Both the position numbers and the translations under genes were made by a program. A stretch of 20,976 bases of DNA, taken from Thermofilaceae archaeon. Lineage in GTDB: Archaea; Thermoproteota; Thermoprotei; Thermofilales; Thermofilaceae. Location: positions 1 to 20,976 of the forward strand of contig JAVYWK010000029.1 of assembly GCA_038727095.1 (NCBI GenBank). Direction: 5' to 3'. The notes beneath the pieces were generated by a model. That model searched no databases. It saw only the letters and a list, made by a program, of their open reading frames with translations, and was not told the DNA's origin. The first letter of the stretch is position 1, and each line of letters begins with the position of its first letter. This document shows positions 16,417-20,976 of the stretch, one piece after another.

Positions 16417-17063
16417 TAGGTCCCCAGTAGGGTCAGAGATCTTCGATGAGAAGCTCAGGGTTGCAGAGCAGCATCACGACGGGGAGCGAGCAGCTCTCGC
16501 AACTCAATGACCTTACCGAGTATGGTTCGAGTACACCAGCCCGAAGAAGACGAATCTCCACTAAAGGGCTTATCGGCGTGAGGAGGGTTTCAGAACCCCT
16601 AAGAAGATCTAGCAGTAGGGTTCACACCCCATTTAAACACTCCATCACAACGGTCCATGCCCTTCCTACTCAGAGTCAAGCAGGGCCCACCTGCATCCTC
16701 TGCCAGTATAGAGTGGGTAATGCTACAGCGATAGACGTGTTACCACAGCTCACCAGCACGTGATGCCACGCCTCGCCAGCTCGCGGAAACAGCGAGAATA
16801 AGCGAGCTTACGTACAATCAACTGGTTAAATGCTGAACAGCCATCCGGCAGCGAAAACCACGCGTGTCATTACCGAGTACACCGACACCGTAGGGGGAGG
16901 AATACCCGCGTGTAATCGAAGCTGTTGATCGCGTAACGACGGGTGGTTAACGCTCGCAAGCAGTGGCGCTGAAGGCTTGAACGGGGGTTGTCTAGGACGC
17001 CGCTAGTCAGCTGGAGCAACGCTTCCCTTAATAGCGGGATTTAAAGCAAAAAGGGTGAGTATT

Positions 17064-18239
17064 ATGTTGACAAAGCTTAAACTCAGGAACTTCTTGTCGT
17101 TCAAGGATGCGAGCGTCACGCTTGGCAAGCTGAACATCGTGGTGGGAGCGAACGCTAGCGGGAAAACCAACCTCTTGAAGTCCCTCGAGCTCCTCGGCAG
17201 CTTTGCCAGGCTCGGCTACCCCAATGTCGAGGGTTACGCAGCCCCTAGCGCGGGCGGAGGCTGGTACCTCAACCTCGGCTGTCTAGCCCACAACTTCGAC
17301 GCGGGCGCGGTAGTCGCGGTGGGCGTTGACGCTCTGGTAGAGGGTGCTGTAGTCTTGTACACCGTGAGGATCAGCGCTGACAGCTTCGAGGAGGAGGTGG
17401 CTAGGGGGAGGGAGATTCTGATGAGGGCCTCATCGAAGGAACGGAGCTTCACCTACGCCGCCCGCGACGGCTCACCCCGAACGGTAGATCGGCTTGCGGC
17501 CGCCAGCCTCGACGTGCTCTACTATGACCTCCGCGGCGACCAGAGGATCCAGCGCGTCAACGTCTACCCCTCTGCCCTAACTCACGTGCCCGCCGACGCC
17601 CACCCGGCTCTTCGAGGCTTAGCGGAGCTCCTAAGGGGGGTTAAGGTCCTTCACCCCGATCTAGCCGCCCTCAGGTTGAGGTCCAGCGTGAGGAATCAGC
17701 CTGAAACCGGATACCGGGGAGAAGGGTTAGCCCGCCAATTGCTCCAGTTGTGCCTCGAGAGGAGGAAGGAGTATGAGGTGATCGAGAAGACGGTAAGGGG
17801 CCTCCTACCCGATCTCGACGCGATCGTGCCGCGAATCGAGGGCGAAGAAGTGGAGATCCAAATGAGGATAAACGGCCTCCCCAGGCCCCTAACAGCGGCA
17901 GGCATCTCGGACGGCGCGCTCCGCCTCACATGCTTCACCGCAGCGCTCCAATCCGGCTGTACGCTTGTAGCCTTCGAAGCGCCTGAGTGCTTCCTGCACC
18001 CCAGGCAGCTCGAGCTGCTTGTCGCCCTAGCGAAGCTCGCGGAGCCCCAGATCATCTTCACCACCTACTCACCCCAGCTTCTCGACTTCTTCCGACCCGA
18101 GGAGGTAGTGGTCGTATCAAGGGTGGACGCTGTGTCGAAAGCTGAGAGGCTCGTCGAGTCGGAGAAGTACAAGATCGTTAAAGAGTTCCTTGAAGCAGGA
18201 GGAAGCCTCAGCGAAGCCTGGCTCACAGGCCTCTTCTAG
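17064..18239 (+). CDS. ABC-fold ATPase of the AAA_21/AAA_15 (RecF/SMC-like, defence-associated) type with degenerate catalytic motifs
   Basis: LKLRNFLSF, LNIVVGANASGKTN (Walker A), ISDGALR (signature), VAFEAPECFLHP (Walker B/D-loop), QIIFTTYSP (H-loop), C-terminal LSEAWLTG. ATG 17064 follows a GGGTGA SD. Confidence 0.88.
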   Translation: MLTKLKLRNFLSFKDASVTLGKLNIVVGANASGKTNLLKSLELLGSFARLGYPNVEGYAAPSAGGGWYLNLGCLAHNFDAGAVVAVGVDALVEGAVVLYTVRISADSFEEEVARGREILMRASSKERSFTYAARDGSPRTVDRLAAASLDVLYYDLRGDQRIQRVNVYPSALTHVPADAHPALRGLAELLRGVKVLHPDLAALRLRSSVRNQPETGYRGEGLARQLLQLCLERRKEYEVIEKTVRGLLPDLDAIVPRIEGEEVEIQMRINGLPRPLTAAGISDGALRLTCFTAALQSGCTLVAFEAPECFLHPRQLELLVALAKLAEPQIIFTTYSPQLLDFFRPEEVVVVSRVDAVSKAERLVESEKYKIVKEFLEAGGSLSEAWLTGLF

Positions 18240-18474
18240 TAGCCCCATGTACAGATTAAGGCACGCGAGTGCCAGCGTGGAACTCCAAGCGCAGCTGAAG
18301 AGCCCACAAGACTCGCTAGCTACACCTTCAAGCCGAGGCCGCGTGGCCAGTAGTCTGCAGGCTTGTTGAGCGGCTTCCTCTGCAAGCGCGAGACTTCGAG
18401 GGCACAGTTTCACTACAGTCTCTCGACGACAAGGTAATATTGCGGCTACCCGCAACCTCTTCCGGAGGTTGGCC

Positions 18475-19620
18475 ATGGGCTTGAAGGAAGAGCTGCTCCA
18501 CCTCTTAAAAACCGATGAGGAGTTCCGCTATGCGGTAGCAGGTCTACTCGGTTACGACGAAATTCTGAAGCGCGTGAGAAGACAGGGAAAACAGATTGCA
18601 AAGCTCCGCAGAGAGATGTACAAGAGCCTCACACGCCTCAGCGAAGCCGTAGAAAAGCTAGCTGAAATCGCGGCCAAGCACACGGAAGAAATCACTCGAT
18701 TGAGAGCTGAAATGCTGGAGGGTTTCAAGAGGCATGATGAGCTGCTCGCCAAACACACGGAGGAGATTGCTCAACTAAGGAGAGAGATGATTGAGGGTTT
18801 CAAGAGGCATGATGAGCTGCTCGCTAAGCATAGCGAGGAGATTGCTCAGTTGAGAGCTGAAATGCTGGAGGGCTTTAAGCGTCATGATGAGCTGCTCGCC
18901 AAACACACGGAGGAGATTGCTCAACTAAGGAGAGAGATGATTGAGGGCTTTAAGCGTCATGATGAGCTGCTCGCTAAGCATAGCGAGGAGATTGCTCAGT
19001 TGAGAGCTGAAATGCTGGAGGGTTTCAAGAGGCATGATGAGGAGATCGCTCAGCTGCGGAAGGAGATGCTCGAGGGTTTCAAGCGTCATGACGAGGAGAT
19101 TGCTCAGTTGAGGAGAGAAATGATTGAGGGTTTCAAGAGGCACGACGAGCTTTACGCTAAGCTAGCCGAAGCTGTTGCGAAGCTGGGAGAGGAAGTCGCT
19201 CGGCTCGACAAGCGCATCACGGGGCTCCACTCGGCTCTACTGTCGGGCCTCGGAGAGGTAAGCAAGTTCGCTGGGTTAACGTTTGAGGAGCTCGTGAGAA
19301 AGCTCCTAACAGCGCAGCTGAGGGGGACCGGAACGATACCCCCCGACGCGGAGCTGAGGGCTGCGAGCATCGACGGTGAGCAGGTCGACATCTTCCTCGA
19401 AGACCCCCTCGTCGTCGGTGAAGTCACGAGCTACGCGGAGACGGCTGAAGAGGCGAGCAAGCTCCTCAGGAAAGCTGAAGCAGCGAGGAGGAAGTTCGGC
19501 AGAGAACCGCTTAAGTTCCTCGTCATCCTCACCGCCAGAAGAGAGGCCGCCAGAGAACTGGAGAGGATAGCCAGAGAGAACAACATCGAGCTAACAATCG
19601 GGAAGATAGTCGAAGACTAG
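18475..19620 (+). CDS. Crenarchaeal coiled-coil repeat protein with C-terminal PD-(D/E)XK-like domain (DUF3782/paREP-like)
   Basis: N-terminal LKEELLHLLKTDEEFRYAVAGLLG motif, tandem coiled-coil repeats, then GLTFEELVR...EQVDIF...VGEVTS. SD GGAGGT at 18464-18469. Confidence 0.85.
   Translation: MGLKEELLHLLKTDEEFRYAVAGLLGYDEILKRVRRQGKQIAKLRREMYKSLTRLSEAVEKLAEIAAKHTEEITRLRAEMLEGFKRHDELLAKHTEEIAQLRREMIEGFKRHDELLAKHSEEIAQLRAEMLEGFKRHDELLAKHTEEIAQLRREMIEGFKRHDELLAKHSEEIAQLRAEMLEGFKRHDEEIAQLRKEMLEGFKRHDEEIAQLRREMIEGFKRHDELYAKLAEAVAKLGEEVARLDKRITGLHSALLSGLGEVSKFAGLTFEELVRKLLTAQLRGTGTIPPDAELRAASIDGEQVDIFLEDPLVVGEVTSYAETAEEASKLLRKAEAARRKFGREPLKFLVILTARREAARELERIARENNIELTIGKIVED
18685..19146 (+). repeat. 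In-frame tandem repeat: 4 x 75 bp (25 aa) followed by 3 x 54 bp (18 aa)
   Basis: Units start at 18685, 18760, 18835, 18910, 18985, 19039 and 19093; consensus EEIAQLRxEMxEGFKRHD(ELLAKH[TS]). Confidence 0.95.
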
Positions 19621-19765
19621 CCTCTGGCCACCCGGTTGCCGCACGCTCGGCAGGGGTTTGGAGCGACCTCAAGCGCGTTCAAAGGTGCCCGCTCGACGCC
19701 GTGAACCGGGGAGCAAGTTTTCGCTTAACGCGCGCTCGGGGTCTGTCGCCCAGCGCCACGGCAGC

Positions 19766-19777
19766 TATTAATTGATA
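19766..19777 (+). promoter_or_regulatory. Putative thiC TATA box / near-palindromic operator TATTAATTGATA
   Basis: Only AT-rich element in a GC-rich spacer, 33 nt before TTG 19811; 10 of 12 positions match its reverse complement. Confidence 0.45.
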
Positions 19778-19810
19778 AGGACGGCCTGGGATAGCACTTC
19801 GGTGGGAGTC

Positions 19811-20976
19811 TTGGGTATAATCGCTGAAGCTAGGAGCTGTAGTAGCGTGGACGAGCTGGTCAGCATCGCAAGAGCTGAGGGGGTGGACTACGAAGCCCTC
19901 AGGAAGAGGGTGAGCCAGGGCAAAGTGATCGTGCTGAGGAATCTCAGGAGGCCCAGAGCGAGACTAGTGGCAATCGGGGAGGGGCTGAGGACAAAGGTGA
20001 ACGTGAACGTTGGGACGAGCGGTACCGTGGTCAACGTTGAACTGGAGGTAGAGAAGGTCAAGACGGCGGTGAAGCTTGGAACGGACACGCTGATGGACCT
20101 GAGTACGGGCGGCAACCTGGACGAGATCCGAGCGAAGCTGATGGAAGCCTCTGAGGGCGTGCCCTTCGGCACGGTACCCACATACCAAGCCTGGATCGAG
20201 GGCGTCAAGAAGTACGGGGGTCCCGGCATGCCGTCCGACTGGTTCGTAGCGGTGGTGGAGAAGCACCTGAGGGACGGGGTGGACTTCATGACCATACACG
20301 CGGGGATCACGCTGGACCTGGCCAGGAGGTCCCTGAGGAGCCGTAGGATCGCGCCGATAGTCAGCAGGGGTGGCAGCATGCTGGCCGTCTGGATGGTGGA
20401 GAACGAGGAGGAGAACCCGTACTTAAAGCACTGGGACTACCTGATAGAGCTGTTCAGGGAGTACGATGCTGTGATAAGCCTGGGCGACGCTCTGAGGCCC
20501 GGCGCAGTAGCCGACGCCCACGACGAGCTGCAGCTCGGGGAGCTGGTGAACAACTCCAGGCTGGCTAGGGACGCGGTGAGGAAGGGGGTTCAAGTGATGA
20601 TCGAGGGGCCGGGGCACATGACCTTGGACAAGGTAGCCGCGGACGTGAGGCTGGAAAAGGCCCTCAGCGGAGGGGTGCCCTACTACGTGCTCGGCCCGCT
20701 GGTGACGGACGTAGCTGTCGGGTACGACCACATCGCCTCAGCGATCGGGGCCGCCATAGCCGCGGCGGCCGGCGCGGACCTCATCTGCTACGTCACCCCC
20801 TCGGAGCACTTGGGGCTACCCGGCGTGGAGCAGGTGAAGGAGGGCTTGATCGCGGCTAAGATAGCCGCTCACGCAGGGGACCTGGTTAAGCTGGGTAGGA
20901 GGGCAGCCTACGAGGACGTCGAAATGAGCATCAGGAGGGCGGCCCTCGACTGGGACTACCAGGTGCTGAAGTCCTA
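19811..20976 (+). CDS. thiC: Phosphomethylpyrimidine (HMP-P) synthase ThiC, 3'-truncated
   Basis: Manual translation (not in the ORF track): MGIIAEAR...[117 protein letters not shown] at 19801. The C-terminal CX2CX4C motif lies outside the window, and BzaAB/F paralogy is not formally excluded. Confidence 0.93.
   Translation, partial: MGIIAEARSCSSVDELVSIARAEGVDYEALRKRVSQGKVIVLRNLRRPRARLVAIGEGLRTKVNVNVGTSGTVVNVELEVEKVKTAVKLGTDTLMDLSTGGNLDEIRAKLMEASEGVPFGTVPTYQAWIEGVKKYGGPGMPSDWFVAVVEKHLRDGVDFMTIHAGITLDLARRSLRSRRIAPIVSRGGSMLAVWMVENEEENPYLKHWDYLIELFREYDAVISLGDALRPGAVADAHDELQLGELVNNSRLARDAVRKGVQVMIEGPGHMTLDKVAADVRLEKALSGGVPYYVLGPLVTDVAVGYDHIASAIGAAIAAAAGADLICYVTPSEHLGLPGVEQVKEGLIAAKIAAHAGDLVKLGRRAAYEDVEMSIRRAALDWDYQVLKS

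Noticed and set aside
16446-16763. 105-aa + strand ORF
   Set aside because: S/R/T-rich composition, no recognisable motif and no clear SD; probably spurious.
18240-18452. Remnant of a nuclease partner gene after the ATPase (40-aa ORF from ATG 18247)
   Set aside because: No recognisable TOPRIM, RloB or HNH motif.
18685-19146. CRISPR array
   Set aside because: In-frame coding repeats with no unique spacers and no cas genes.
19621-19810. TPP riboswitch upstream of thiC
   Set aside because: The conserved CUGAGA and CCUGAU/UAAU...AGGGA elements are not present.
19888-20731. Minus-strand ORFs over the thiC region, and the other short antisense or alternate-frame ORFs in the track
   Set aside because: Shadows of well-supported + strand genes in GC-rich DNA.

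Overview
Archaeal genomic DNA. A thermophilic Thermoproteota (Thermofilum/Thermoproteales-like) source is inferred from gene families, TATA-type promoters, GGTGA/GGAGG Shine-Dalgarno (SD) sites and frequent GTG/TTG starts; it is not proven. All credible genes lie on the + strand. 1-7132 is a lower-GC block: a 5'-truncated >1220-aa repeat-built, membrane-anchored surface protein, a 406-aa Ig-like/coiled-coil anchored protein, a small exported protein and a polytopic GT-C-like glycosyltransferase. 7360-14677 is a higher-GC run of nine overlapping genes: a helical membrane protein, DUF1616 split into two genes in reversed order, two uncharacterised membrane proteins, DUF4129, DUF4350, a MoxR AAA+ ATPase and DUF58. 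A polyprenol-phosphate GT2 and a sugar-phosphate nucleotidyltransferase follow at 14717-16416. Together these look like a dedicated surface-glycoprotein glycosylation/assembly system, the best candidate here for an uncharacterised system. Next come an unexplained ~640-bp gap, an ABC/AAA_21 ATPase with degenerate catalytic residues, a tandem-repeat coiled-coil protein with a PD-(D/E)XK-like domain, and thiC (absent from the ORF track because it runs off the window). No rRNA, tRNA, CRISPR array or transposase was seen. All family assignments come from motif recognition, not database searches.
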